A stretch of DNA of 64,000 nucleotides from IMG/VR virus record IMGVR_UViG_3300020204_000005; one strand, given 5' to 3'. Positions within the stretch are counted from its first letter, which is position 1. Each line of letters starts with the position of its first letter. Source of the DNA: a virus. The notes beneath the pieces are model-generated. The model did no database searches. It was given only the letters and a program-made list of their open reading frames with translations, and was not told the origin of the DNA. Below are positions 38,715-49,100 of this stretch, piece after piece. The position numbers and the translations under genes are program-made.

Positions 38715-39932
38715 TTATTTAATTAGTGATTTGTAAAATTCTTTTCGCAAAGTAGTAACATTTTGCAAATTGTATTTGTCTTTAACAGTTTCATATAGTC
38801 TTTCACCCATATCTGTCATTAGGTTTGGATTTTGTAATAATTTTTTAATGAATTTATGCCAATCACTATGATTTCTATTTTCATTAACTAACATAGCATT
38901 ACCATCAACAAACTCACCATTTTTTAGACAATGTTTAAGGTCTATAGTGTAAGGTCCTATTTCGGAAGCGATTAATGCCTTTTTATAAAATCCCGCCTCA
39001 ATCACTTTTAATTGAGATTTCATTCTATTGAATATGTGGTTTTTGATTGGAGCTAAAGATATGTCAAACTTAGAGTAGTTAGAGGCATATTGTGTTACAG
39101 GTCTTGTCCATACTCTAACATAAGGTAATGACTTATCAGTCATATAATTTTTTTCCTCATACAACGTTAGATATTTTTTATAGTCTTCATCGATAATACT
39201 ATATTTATCTGTAAATATTTCTTCATAACGAGCCCAAACAGTTTCTTCAGGTCTAATTGGTCTTTGTTTTTTTTCTCCCGTTTGTTTGTTAATTTCTGTT
39301 ATATGACCTCTAGTATCGAAACCACATAAAACATATTGTATGTTATTTTTTAATGAACTGTTTTTTGTTACAAATCCATCTAATAACTTTAAATCATGTA
39401 AGTGGGAAGAACCACCTAACCAACCAACTCTAATTCTATCAGATTCTAATGTTGGTTCTTTAAACTGAGGTTCATTTGGGTCCACTGCATTTGGTAAAAC
39501 AATTACGTTTTTGTTAAATTTACGTATTTCATTTGCAAATATTTCAGTAGTTGTTGTAACATAACTAGCTTCTTTTAGATTAGCAACAATTTTTTCATGT
39601 ATTTTTTCTTGTAAAATAATACTATGGATAGGATGTTCTTTTGTCGGTAACCAATAATCATCAATATCAACTACTACAACAATACCCATTGATTTTAAAT
39701 TTCTAATTATCGCAGGACAGGAGTCGTAATTTTGACCAATGTTTCTATGTACATGGACTATTTGGTACTTCTTCCAATAATTGGGGTCACTAATTCTTGG
39801 TTCATAATCGATATCGACATGAAAATCATCATTATACATGTTTTGTAACATTATATGGGGGTCAATCGACCTAAATTTACCAACACCTGTACGGTCTGAT
39901 GGTAATACTAAAACTTTAATTTTTTCTGACAT
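38715..39932 (-). CDS. Glycosyltransferase, GT-B type
   Basis: DIDDY, RVGWLGGSSHLHDL, DISLAP...FNRMKSQLKVIEAG; start moved to MSEKIK (39932). Confidence 0.78.
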   Translation of the reverse strand: MSEKIKVLVLPSDRTGVGKFRSIDPHIMLQNMYNDDFHVDIDYEPRISDPNYWKKYQIVHVHRNIGQNYDSCPAIIRNLKSMGIVVVVDIDDYWLPTKEHPIHSIILQEKIHEKIVANLKEASYVTTTTEIFANEIRKFNKNVIVLPNAVDPNEPQFKEPTLESDRIRVGWLGGSSHLHDLKLLDGFVTKNSSLKNNIQYVLCGFDTRGHITEINKQTGEKKQRPIRPEETVWARYEEIFTDKYSIIDEDYKKYLTLYEEKNYMTDKSLPYVRVWTRPVTQYASNYSKFDISLAPIKNHIFNRMKSQLKVIEAGFYKKALIASEIGPYTIDLKHCLKNGEFVDGNAMLVNENRNHSDWHKFIKKLLQNPNLMTDMGERLYETVKDKYNLQNVTTLRKEFYKSLIK

Positions 39933-39999
39933 ATTTTTATATATAACATAGAAAATATAGTCAGATAAACAGACATTATCAATATAATAATAAATAAAA

Positions 40000-40021
40000 A
40001 ACCCCATCGATTGACGGGGTT
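40000..40021 (-). terminator. Terminator-like hairpin
   Basis: AACCCC...GGGGTT with an A-run on the left, just past the stop of ORF 40026..40619. Confidence 0.55.
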
Positions 40022-40025
40022 CAAG

Positions 40026-40619
40026 TTATTGTACTTTTTTAATTTTGGTTACCTTACCTTCAAAAATGTGTTTTCCAACTTTAAATTGGAAAAGCTCATT
40101 TGATTTTTGGGTTGATTCGGTCAACAAACCGTTTTCAGATAAAACTTCTTCAACAGTTTCTCTCACAATATCTTTAATTTGTTTTGCGGTAAGTGAACTA
40201 CTAATTTGATTTGGATTAGTTTGTTGTCTTTTAGGATTTGTCTCATTTATGACATTACCATTAGAATTCATTAACCTCGTAGCTTTCTCAACTAACTCAT
40301 TTGATAAAGTGGGACCTGACATACCATTAGGTTGTGCAATTGGATATTCTATCATAAGTTGTTTTATTTCATCTGGTAATTTAGACCCCATAATTCTATC
40401 TACCGTAGGTGTTTCGGTATTATAAATTGGTTTTGATTGTTCCATCATAAATTCTTGTGGAATGTTGTAATTAGCTTTAGGATTATCAAAATTTTCAGTA
40501 TTGGGAATGTTGTAATTTGCCAATGGTACATTTTGACCACTTCTCGGCATTTGATTATGAATATCCATCATTTTTTTGGATATCATTAATTTTTGTAATA
40601 AATCATTTTCGTTTGTCAT
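40026..40619 (-). CDS. hypothetical protein
   Basis: ORF track. Confidence 0.7.
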   Translation of the reverse strand: MTNENDLLQKLMISKKMMDIHNQMPRSGQNVPLANYNIPNTENFDNPKANYNIPQEFMMEQSKPIYNTETPTVDRIMGSKLPDEIKQLMIEYPIAQPNGMSGPTLSNELVEKATRLMNSNGNVINETNPKRQQTNPNQISSSLTAKQIKDIVRETVEEVLSENGLLTESTQKSNELFQFKVGKHIFEGKVTKIKKVQ

Positions 40620-40621
40620 AT

Positions 40622-41023
40622 TTAAATGTTTTCTTCTTCATTATTAAAGACCGCGTTAATCACTACTCTTTTCATACTTCTATCACCTCTTGGATTATAA
40701 CCAGGTTTTGGTGTGTTAAAATTTTCAGCGGTCGGTTTAAATGATAAAATTTTATCAAGTCTAAAAAGTCTCCACCCAGGTAATGGTTGTTCACCTTTAT
40801 ATCCTGTGTGTGAAGAACCTTCTTCATCCCAAGCTCTTAAAACAGGGTTATCCGCTTTACTGTAACCAAAACAAACAGGTTCAATAACACGTAATCCCCT
40901 ACCACCTGGCTCGTCACCATCATAATAAATTACTATTTTTTGTTTTTTCTTAATAGAATCTATTATAGACTCGACAGAAGCTACTTCTAAAATAAGTGAT
41001 TTAGTTATGTTGTAAAGTTTCAT
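40622..41023 (-). CDS. Stand-alone WYL-domain protein
   Basis: IVIYY...RVIEPVCFG...VLRAWD...WRLFRLDKI matches the WYL fold. Confidence 0.7.
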   Translation of the reverse strand: MKLYNITKSLILEVASVESIIDSIKKKQKIVIYYDGDEPGGRGLRVIEPVCFGYSKADNPVLRAWDEEGSSHTGYKGEQPLPGWRLFRLDKILSFKPTAENFNTPKPGYNPRGDRSMKRVVINAVFNNEEENI

Positions 41024-41319
41024 TACGCGGATGGTGTTGTGTATGGTTTGTTAGGTTGATATTCGTTAATAACTATTTCAGCTTTTCTTTCCAAAATATC
41101 TTGGATTGCTCCTGCTCCTTGGTTATAAACATCTAAAAATCCTCCCGTACCTTTACCTTGCTCATCACCATCGGCTAAAGCATCAGGATTAACACTTGAG
41201 TATTCATTTGCGGTCTTTTTAAAATCATTTTTAGGTAATAATTTAGCTCTTTCCGCCTCAGCTATTGAACTTAACTCATTTTTAGGTTGTTCAAAATTTA
41301 AAGGTTCATTTACTGCCAT
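41023..41319 (-). CDS. hypothetical protein
   Basis: ORF track. Confidence 0.65.
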   Translation of the reverse strand: MAVNEPLNFEQPKNELSSIAEAERAKLLPKNDFKKTANEYSSVNPDALADGDEQGKGTGGFLDVYNQGAGAIQDILERKAEIVINEYQPNKPYTTPSA

Positions 41320-41321
41320 TT

Positions 41322-41792
41322 TTAAATTATTTTTTTAATTAAGTCGTTTATGCGTTTTAGGCTTTCGGTAACCTCCAAATTATAATATTCGGTGTTACTA
41401 CTATGACTTTTTGATGGTCTATTTAAATTGTTTATTCCATTTTTTTCATGTGGGTCTATAAATTGGTTAGGAAGAACTTCAGACCTATTTTGTTTTAAAC
41501 TATGTACACCATCCCTCATTGATGTTAGGGTATTATCAACCCAATTTCTAACATAATGACCTCCATTTAATATAAATGGTAAATCGTTTTCTCTTCCATT
41601 GAATGAATCAAACCAATTTTTCATTCTTTTTAGTTGTTGGTATGAAATTTCACCATTATCTCTAAGTTCTTTATTTCTTCTAAAACCTTCGGTGTTTTCA
41701 TCCGCACCTTGAGCTGCGTCATGACATTGTTTTAAATAGGTCATAACATCTTCAGGTAATTGGACTTTATTTCCGTATAAATCTTTATTCAC
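41322..41792 (-). CDS. hypothetical protein
   Basis: ORF track; C-terminal VTESLKRINDLIKKI motif. Confidence 0.65.
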   Translation of the reverse strand: MNKDLYGNKVQLPEDVMTYLKQCHDAAQGADENTEGFRRNKELRDNGEISYQQLKRMKNWFDSFNGRENDLPFILNGGHYVRNWVDNTLTSMRDGVHSLKQNRSEVLPNQFIDPHEKNGINNLNRPSKSHSSNTEYYNLEVTESLKRINDLIKKII

Positions 41793-42618
41793 TGGTTTTT
41801 AAAATACTTATAAGTTTATTAATACTTATACCTTCTTTGTCGGCAATTTTTTTAATTGATTGTAAGTTTTTAACTAATATTTTACTAACAGGGGAATCTT
41901 TTCTAACAACGTCAGAATAATCACTATCCTTTTTAGATAACATATCCTCAACCATTTTAATCATTCTTTGTTTTTGTGCCTCTTCTAAAGAACCCTTCTC
42001 AACTAAACGTTGTTTAAGTTTACCCTTTTTTCTTTTTTGACCTTTTAATTTACCAAAGTCATTAGTCCTCTCAACAGGGTTATCAACACCCATATCTTTA
42101 AGAGTTTTTACTGATTCGATAAAATCCATATCTTTAGTTTCTTCATAACCAAAGGCATCTGAAAAATCAATCTCTTTAACAATATCTCCATCCTTTTCTT
42201 CACTTTCACCGTAATAAACTCTATAACCTCTAGTTACAGGGTCATTGGTTTGTCTTGTGGCAACAATAGTTTGGTCCATTGTCTTCTTTGGGTGTAAGTA
42301 CATATTAATAAATGGAATACTTGAGTCTCTAAAGGTACCGTCAGAACCTATTAATTCATTTATTTCTTTAGTATCACTAACATCATCAAGTTCTTTTTCA
42401 ATATCCTTCTTTTTAACTTTTTCTTTCTTGGTTAAAAATTTTTGGACAATTGATTTAACTTTTTTCTCATCTTTTTTATTGAAGTCTTTTTTGTTATCGG
42501 TTTTTCTAGATTCGGATAAAGTTTCCGCAACAGAATAATATAGGGAAATTTTATCACCTTTATCTTTAAGGAAAAAATAACAATTATTATTAAAGTATTC
42601 TTTATTAAAATTAATCAT
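41785..42618 (-). CDS. hypothetical protein
   Basis: ORF track; TATTTAT upstream (42632-42638, minus). Confidence 0.7.
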   Translation of the reverse strand: MINFNKEYFNNNCYFFLKDKGDKISLYYSVAETLSESRKTDNKKDFNKKDEKKVKSIVQKFLTKKEKVKKKDIEKELDDVSDTKEINELIGSDGTFRDSSIPFINMYLHPKKTMDQTIVATRQTNDPVTRGYRVYYGESEEKDGDIVKEIDFSDAFGYEETKDMDFIESVKTLKDMGVDNPVERTNDFGKLKGQKRKKGKLKQRLVEKGSLEEAQKQRMIKMVEDMLSKKDSDYSDVVRKDSPVSKILVKNLQSIKKIADKEGISINKLISILKTSE

Positions 42619-42631
42619 GACTTTTTTATCA

Positions 42632-42658
42632 ATAAATACTTCGTTTTAATGTATTTAT
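42632..42658. promoter_or_regulatory. Back-to-back TATTTAT putative late promoters
   Basis: ATAAATA at 42632-42638 (faces ORF 42618, minus) and TATTTAT at 42652-42658 (faces ORF 42670, plus). Confidence 0.5.
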
Positions 42659-42669
42659 CATAAAAAAAG

Positions 42670-45519
42670 ATGTCGAGTCAAAATATAAATCAATATGTAA
42701 GGAACAACCTATACCCAAAACTTTATTTGGATAGTTATGATATGTCCCTAACATCTGATGAAACAGATTTTAATCAGGAGGTTGTTTTCTCACCTTATTT
42801 AATCGCTCAAACATATGGTAATAAACTACCAATCAATATTGACATAAATAATATTGATACCGTCCAAAATTTAAATTTAACATATAAAAATTATAACAAT
42901 AACAATATTTTTGTTTCTCAAAATTATTACAACCCTGATAAATTAGATTTGAAATGTTTTACTGCAGAAACTTCATGTGATATAGGTTTAACAGGAATTG
43001 ATAACGGTTTAGTAAATAAAATGACAGGTCAAACCATAACATTTACTAAAGGTTTATTTTCAGATTTTTTAAAATTTGATAGGTTAAGTTTTGATAGAAG
43101 ATTCAAAATGTTCCAAGTAACGGGGTATACAAATACTCCAAATGTAAGATTTTCTGGTTTTAATAATACCGTATTATATGAAGTCGTTAGTAAAAACGAC
43201 CCTGTAATCGGTAGATACCACGAATTATATGGAGGGTTTTATCAAGGGTTTTATAAACTTCATGGTTATGATTATGAAATTTTTCCTGAAAGGATGACCA
43301 AAGGGTGGTCGGTCGAAATGATTCTTAAACCGAGATTATTTAATGAATATGTACTAGGACCTGGCGAGACAACATTAAATGGGATATACCCAAATAATAA
43401 AAATACATTTTTTTATTTTGGTACTAGAGCCGAGAATAAGTTTTATCATCATGCGGATGGTACTCCTGATTGTTTTACAGGTTATACTCGAGTAACAACT
43501 CCTTTAACGGGTTTAAGTACATGCGCATGTTGTGATTTAACAATAAAGAATAGTAGATGTATATATGTATACCCGCCAAGGTCTAAGGATGGTAAACATG
43601 ACCCTAGAGTTAATTATGGTTGTGATACATGTGGTGGTTTAAAGACAAAACAGTTATCATGCGGGTGTGGTTGCGACAAACCACAATGTGAGAATTGTGG
43701 GTGGGAATGTCAAACACACATTTGCCCAACAACACCCACCCCAACCCCAACTCAAAGTCCTACACCAACCCCAACAAGTAATAATTGTATTGTTACCCCT
43801 ACTTGTACACCTACATGTACTAAGTGTGATACTTGCGATGACTGTTTAGATTGTAAACCTGAAGGTTTTTCTTCTATTGAGGACACTTGTGAAAAGGACC
43901 CATTATACGACTCAATGTCAAATGCTTTTTCATTAAGATTATGTGGAGACCCTAAAAACCCAAAAATAGGTGTTAGATTTTTAAGATTTACAGGTGATTG
44001 TACAACTTCAGGAGAGTGTTCTACTAGTGGAATCACATACTCAACGGGATATACTATAACTGATATATGTACACCACCAATATACCCAAGATGTGAAAAA
44101 GAAAATCCTGCTTGGTTAAATGAAGAACATTGGTTCCAAGTTAATGTTGTTTGGGAAAGATATACTTGGTTCGATTACTGTGATTTAAAATATCGTGGTG
44201 GATTAGGTGATATAACTAAACAAGTTTATTTAGAATCTTTAGCAAATAATACAACCTCATTAATTAGTACTCCTTACACAAAAGAAAATGGTAAAGTTGC
44301 TGAAAAAATGGATATCATCAATTTAAATGAAAAATGGTTAATTGAGGGTAAAATGAGAAAGGGTAGATTAAAAATCTACATTAATGGTAAGATATTTCAC
44401 ACTATCGAGGATTTTGAGGAAATTATACCAAGAGCTCTAAATACTGATAAAGAAAAACAGGTTGGTGTACCATTTAATATCTCATGGGGCGGAGGAACAC
44501 AAGGGCTTAGAGAAAACTTAACCTTCTCCTCAACAACAATTCCTAATGGACCCTATATCCAAGACCCTGAGTGTTTTCCAACTAATGATTTAACGGCAAC
44601 AACATTCAATGGGTTAACTACTAATATTTTAATCGAACAAAATTTTGCAGGTACTTTTGATGGAGGAATCTCACAATTTAGAATGTATGTAGAACCATTA
44701 TCGGCACCTGAAGTTAAACACAATTTTAAATTACTTGTAAGTAAATTTAATATGTTTAATCCAGATTGTCCTAATTGTTCAACAACAATATGTAAACCTG
44801 ACGACATTACTTATATACTTTCTGCAGATACTCCAACCACAACAACTGAAGACCCATTTGGTAACGAACCTTTAGGTAGATTATATATTGAGGATTTAAG
44901 AGATAAAAATTATTTGATTGAAAGGAAGTTAAAATTAACTCCTAATAAACCAACTACAATGTATTGGGAGTCCGATGAATGGTGGGGAGACCAAGGAAAA
45001 ACTTCTGAATGTGTTGGTTACGCTTGGGCTCATTGGGTCGAGGACGGGCCAATCAAACATAGCGGTATCGCTCCAATAGTTCACCCAACAATTATTTATA
45101 AAGAAGCTCAAAAAATAGATGAGTGGCCTGGTGAAAATTATAAAGGAACTTCTGTTAGAGCGGGGGCCAAATATTTAAAGAGTATTGGTAGAATTGAGCA
45201 ATATTTATGGACTTATGATATAAACGTTTTAATATCGACTGTATTAACTAAAGGACCTGTTGTTGTCGGTACTAATTGGTACTCATCGATGAATAGACCT
45301 AATATTAATGGTTTAATGAAAGTTTCGGGTTTCAAGATTGGAGGTCATGCCTATGTTATCAATGGTGTTGATACAATTAAAAAACAATTTAGAATTAAAA
45401 ATAGTTGGGGTCGTTCTTGGGGTAAACAAGGACATGCCTTTATTTCTTTTAATGATATGAATAAACTTATTAGACAAAACGGTGAAGTTTGTTTAGCTAT
45501 AGAAAAAAGGTCTAACTAA
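42670..45519 (+). CDS. Putative virion protein: LamG/concanavalin-like domain interrupted by a Cys-rich/PT segment, fused to a papain-family (C1) peptidase
   Basis: [40 protein letters not shown] (LamG-like); [23 protein letters not shown] (C1 triad). Confidence 0.72.
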   Translation: MSSQNINQYVRNNLYPKLYLDSYDMSLTSDETDFNQEVVFSPYLIAQTYGNKLPINIDINNIDTVQNLNLTYKNYNNNNIFVSQNYYNPDKLDLKCFTAETSCDIGLTGIDNGLVNKMTGQTITFTKGLFSDFLKFDRLSFDRRFKMFQVTGYTNTPNVRFSGFNNTVLYEVVSKNDPVIGRYHELYGGFYQGFYKLHGYDYEIFPERMTKGWSVEMILKPRLFNEYVLGPGETTLNGIYPNNKNTFFYFGTRAENKFYHHADGTPDCFTGYTRVTTPLTGLSTCACCDLTIKNSRCIYVYPPRSKDGKHDPRVNYGCDTCGGLKTKQLSCGCGCDKPQCENCGWECQTHICPTTPTPTPTQSPTPTPTSNNCIVTPTCTPTCTKCDTCDDCLDCKPEGFSSIEDTCEKDPLYDSMSNAFSLRLCGDPKNPKIGVRFLRFTGDCTTSGECSTSGITYSTGYTITDICTPPIYPRCEKENPAWLNEEHWFQVNVVWERYTWFDYCDLKYRGGLGDITKQVYLESLANNTTSLISTPYTKENGKVAEKMDIINLNEKWLIEGKMRKGRLKIYINGKIFHTIEDFEEIIPRALNTDKEKQVGVPFNISWGGGTQGLRENLTFSSTTIPNGPYIQDPECFPTNDLTATTFNGLTTNILIEQNFAGTFDGGISQFRMYVEPLSAPEVKHNFKLLVSKFNMFNPDCPNCSTTICKPDDITYILSADTPTTTTEDPFGNEPLGRLYIEDLRDKNYLIERKLKLTPNKPTTMYWESDEWWGDQGKTSECVGYAWAHWVEDGPIKHSGIAPIVHPTIIYKEAQKIDEWPGENYKGTSVRAGAKYLKSIGRIEQYLWTYDINVLISTVLTKGPVVVGTNWYSSMNRPNINGLMKVSGFKIGGHAYVINGVDTIKKQFRIKNSWGRSWGKQGHAFISFNDMNKLIRQNGEVCLAIEKRSN

Positions 45520-46082
45520 TGAGTGAAATTATAGTAATAAAAAGTATAAATTACGATGGTGAATTGGCGAATGTGTTATTTAAACCATCGGGGTCTAACA
45601 AAGTCATTAATTTGGGTAATATTACATTACCTTTTGAATTCGACCCTTCTTTATTAGTTCCTCCTTTAAAACCATATGGTGATTACACTATTTTCCTTGT
45701 TGAGGAAAGTTGTACTTATTATTTAAACGTTCCTGCACCAACTCCAACTCCAACACCTAGTAACACAACTACAAAAACCCCCACACCAACACCAACTCCT
45801 ACCCAAACACCAACTCAAACTATTGACCCTTGTAAATTTATTACACCAACACCAACTAAAAGTGTTACACCAACTAAAACACCTAAATCATCTCCAACAC
45901 CTACACCAAGTTGGGACCCGTGTATAACACCATTCCCAACTAAAACTCCAACACCTACTAATACTCAAACGCCTACATTAACTCCAACACCAACACTTAT
46001 TACTTATTATATCACGAGTGAATCGGGTAATCCTATAATTTCTGAAGATAATAATTATATTATTCCTGAAGATTGTGAATAA
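45519..46082 (+). CDS. Small PT-rich putative virion protein
   Basis: Short beta domain followed by about 90 aa of T/P repeat; TAATG coupling to the upstream gene. Confidence 0.7.
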   Translation: MSEIIVIKSINYDGELANVLFKPSGSNKVINLGNITLPFEFDPSLLVPPLKPYGDYTIFLVEESCTYYLNVPAPTPTPTPSNTTTKTPTPTPTPTQTPTQTIDPCKFITPTPTKSVTPTKTPKSSPTPTPSWDPCITPFPTKTPTPTNTQTPTLTPTPTLITYYITSESGNPIISEDNNYIIPEDCE

Positions 46083-46102
46083 CGATAAATATATATTATT
46101 AA

Positions 46103-49100
46103 ATGATTCAATCAATAGAAATAACTGGTGCGTCAGGTACAGGTCCTTACGACATTGAGGTATGTGATATCACATTATCATTGTGTGTACCAATTGCGTC
46201 ATCAGTTCCTATACCACCAACCTATCAATTTACATTACCTAACGTTTTAAGTGGTGCAACTGAAGTTGTTGTAAGATTAATTGATTCTGAGGGATGTCCT
46301 TGTTTACAGGTATGCCCATGTATTTTACCTAGCCAAACGCCAACATTAACCCCTACAATAACACCAACAATGACAGTTAATTGTAATTGTCTTGAGTTTA
46401 ATAATGAGGATGTTATTGAACATACAATTTCTTTTATTGATTGTAGTGGTAATAATATAGACACTGTTATTTCACCTGAAACGGTATTAACTTTTTGTGG
46501 TAAAAGTCCTTCAGTTAGTAGCCCTTCAGTTATTGTTACAATAGGGGATTTTTGTGTTGGAGGAGTGTGTCCTCCCCCACCACCGACATTAACTCCTACA
46601 CAAACACCGACTAACACCTCAACACCAACAATTACACCAACAAAAACATTGGTACCTTTAGTGGGATATTTCCAATATTGTTGTGACCCGTCAAATATTG
46701 TTATTATCTCAACAATTCCTCTTAGTTATTATCCATTGAGTGGAGTTTATTATGTTGAAAGTGCAGGTTTTAATGGTTGTGTTACTTCAATACCTCCAAC
46801 ATTTTCACCTAATGCGTATGTTTACATCGATGCAATATCGTTTACTTCATGTTCTGATTGTGAATCAACTTATCCATGTCCTTCACCAACCCCTACTGTA
46901 ACACCTACCATCACCCCAACGGAAACCGTTACACCCACTGTAACATCGACCCCAACTACAACGCCAACAGTTACACCAACGGAAACCGTTACACCCACTG
47001 TAACATCGACCCCAACTACAACGCCAACAGTTACACCAACCGAAACTGTCACTCCAACAGTTACTATAACACCTACTAATACCGTCACTCCAACAGTTAC
47101 TAAAACATCAACTCCTACTATTACTCCCACTAAAACTTCAACTGTTACCCCAACTGTAACTAGAACCCAAACGATTACACCAACTAATACGGTAAGACCA
47201 ACTAATACTCCTACCAATACTATAACTCCAACAAAAACTCAAACACCAACTATTACACCAACACACACAATTACTCAGACTAATACGGTAACGCCAACTA
47301 ACACTGTTACCCCAACTAATACCATTACCCCAACAATTACAAGAACTCCAACTAATACCATAACACCAACTAATACACCTACTAATACTGTAACTCCGAC
47401 TAATACTATAACTCCAACTAATACTGTAACTCCGACTATAACACCTACTAATACCATTACCCCAACAATTACAAGAACTCCAACTAATACCATAACACCA
47501 ACTAATACACCTACTAATACTGTAACTCCGACTAATACTATAACTCCAACTAATACTGTAACTCCGACTATAACACCTACTAATACTGTAACTCCAACTA
47601 ATACTATAACTCCAACTAATACTGTAACTCCATCTATCACGCCTACTAAAACTGTAACACCTACTAATACTATTACTCCAACTATTTCATTAACACCAAC
47701 AAGAACTCAAACTCCAACTATAACACCTACTAATACTGTAACTCCAACTAATACTGTAACTCCATCTAATACTGTAACTCCGACTATAACACCTACTAAT
47801 ACTATTACTCCAACTATTTCATTAACACCAACAAGAACTCAAACTCCGACTATAACACCTACTAATACTATTACTCCAACTAATACTATAACTCCAACTA
47901 ATACTGTAACTCCGACTATAACACCTACTAATACTATTACTCCAACTAATACTGTAACACCTACTAATACTGTAACTCCAACTAATACTGTAACTCCAAC
48001 TAATACACCTACTAATACTGTAACTCCGACTATAACACAAACACCAACTAATACTGTCACCCCTACAGTTACTCCAACTATTTCATTAACACCAACAAGA
48101 ACTCAAACTCCAACTATAACACCTACTAACACTGTAACTCCAACTAATACTGTAACTCCGACTATAACACCTACTAATACTGTAACTCCAACTAATACTG
48201 TAACTCCGACTATAACACCTACTAATACTGTAACTCCGACTAATACTGTAACTCCAACTAATACTGTAACTCCGACTATAACACCTACTAATACTATTAC
48301 TCCAACTAATACTGTAACTCCAACTATAACACCTACTAATACTATTACTCCAACTAATACTGTAACTCCATCTATCACGCCTACTAAAACTGTAACACCT
48401 ACTAACACTGTAACTCCAACTAATACTGTAACTCCAACTAATACTATAACTCCAACTAATACTCAAACTCCATCTATCACACCTACTAAAACTGTAACTC
48501 CAACTAATACCATAACACCAACTAATACTGTAACTCCGACTAATACTCAAACTCCATCTATCACGCCTACTAAAACTGTAACTCCAACTATAACACAAAC
48601 ACCAAGTAATACTGTAACTCCGACTATAACACCTACTAATACCATAACACCAACAAGAACTCAAACTCCAACTATAACACCTACTAATACTATTACTCCA
48701 ACTATTTCATTAACACCAACAAGAACTCAAACTCCAACTATAACACAAACACCAACTAATACACCTACTAATACTGTAACTCCGACTAATACTGTAACTC
48801 CGACTAATACTATAACTCCATCTATCACGCCTACTAAAACTGTAACACCTACTAATACTATTACTCCAACTAATACACCTACTAATACTGTAACTCCAAC
48901 TAATACTGTAACTCCATCTATCACGCCTACTAAAACTGTAACACCTACTAATACTATTACTCCAACTAATACTGTAACTCCAACTAATACACCTACTAAT
49001 ACTGTAACTCCAACTAATACTGTAACTCCATCTATCACGCCTACTAAAACTGTAACACCTACTAATACTATTACTCCAACTAATACTGTAACTCCGACTA

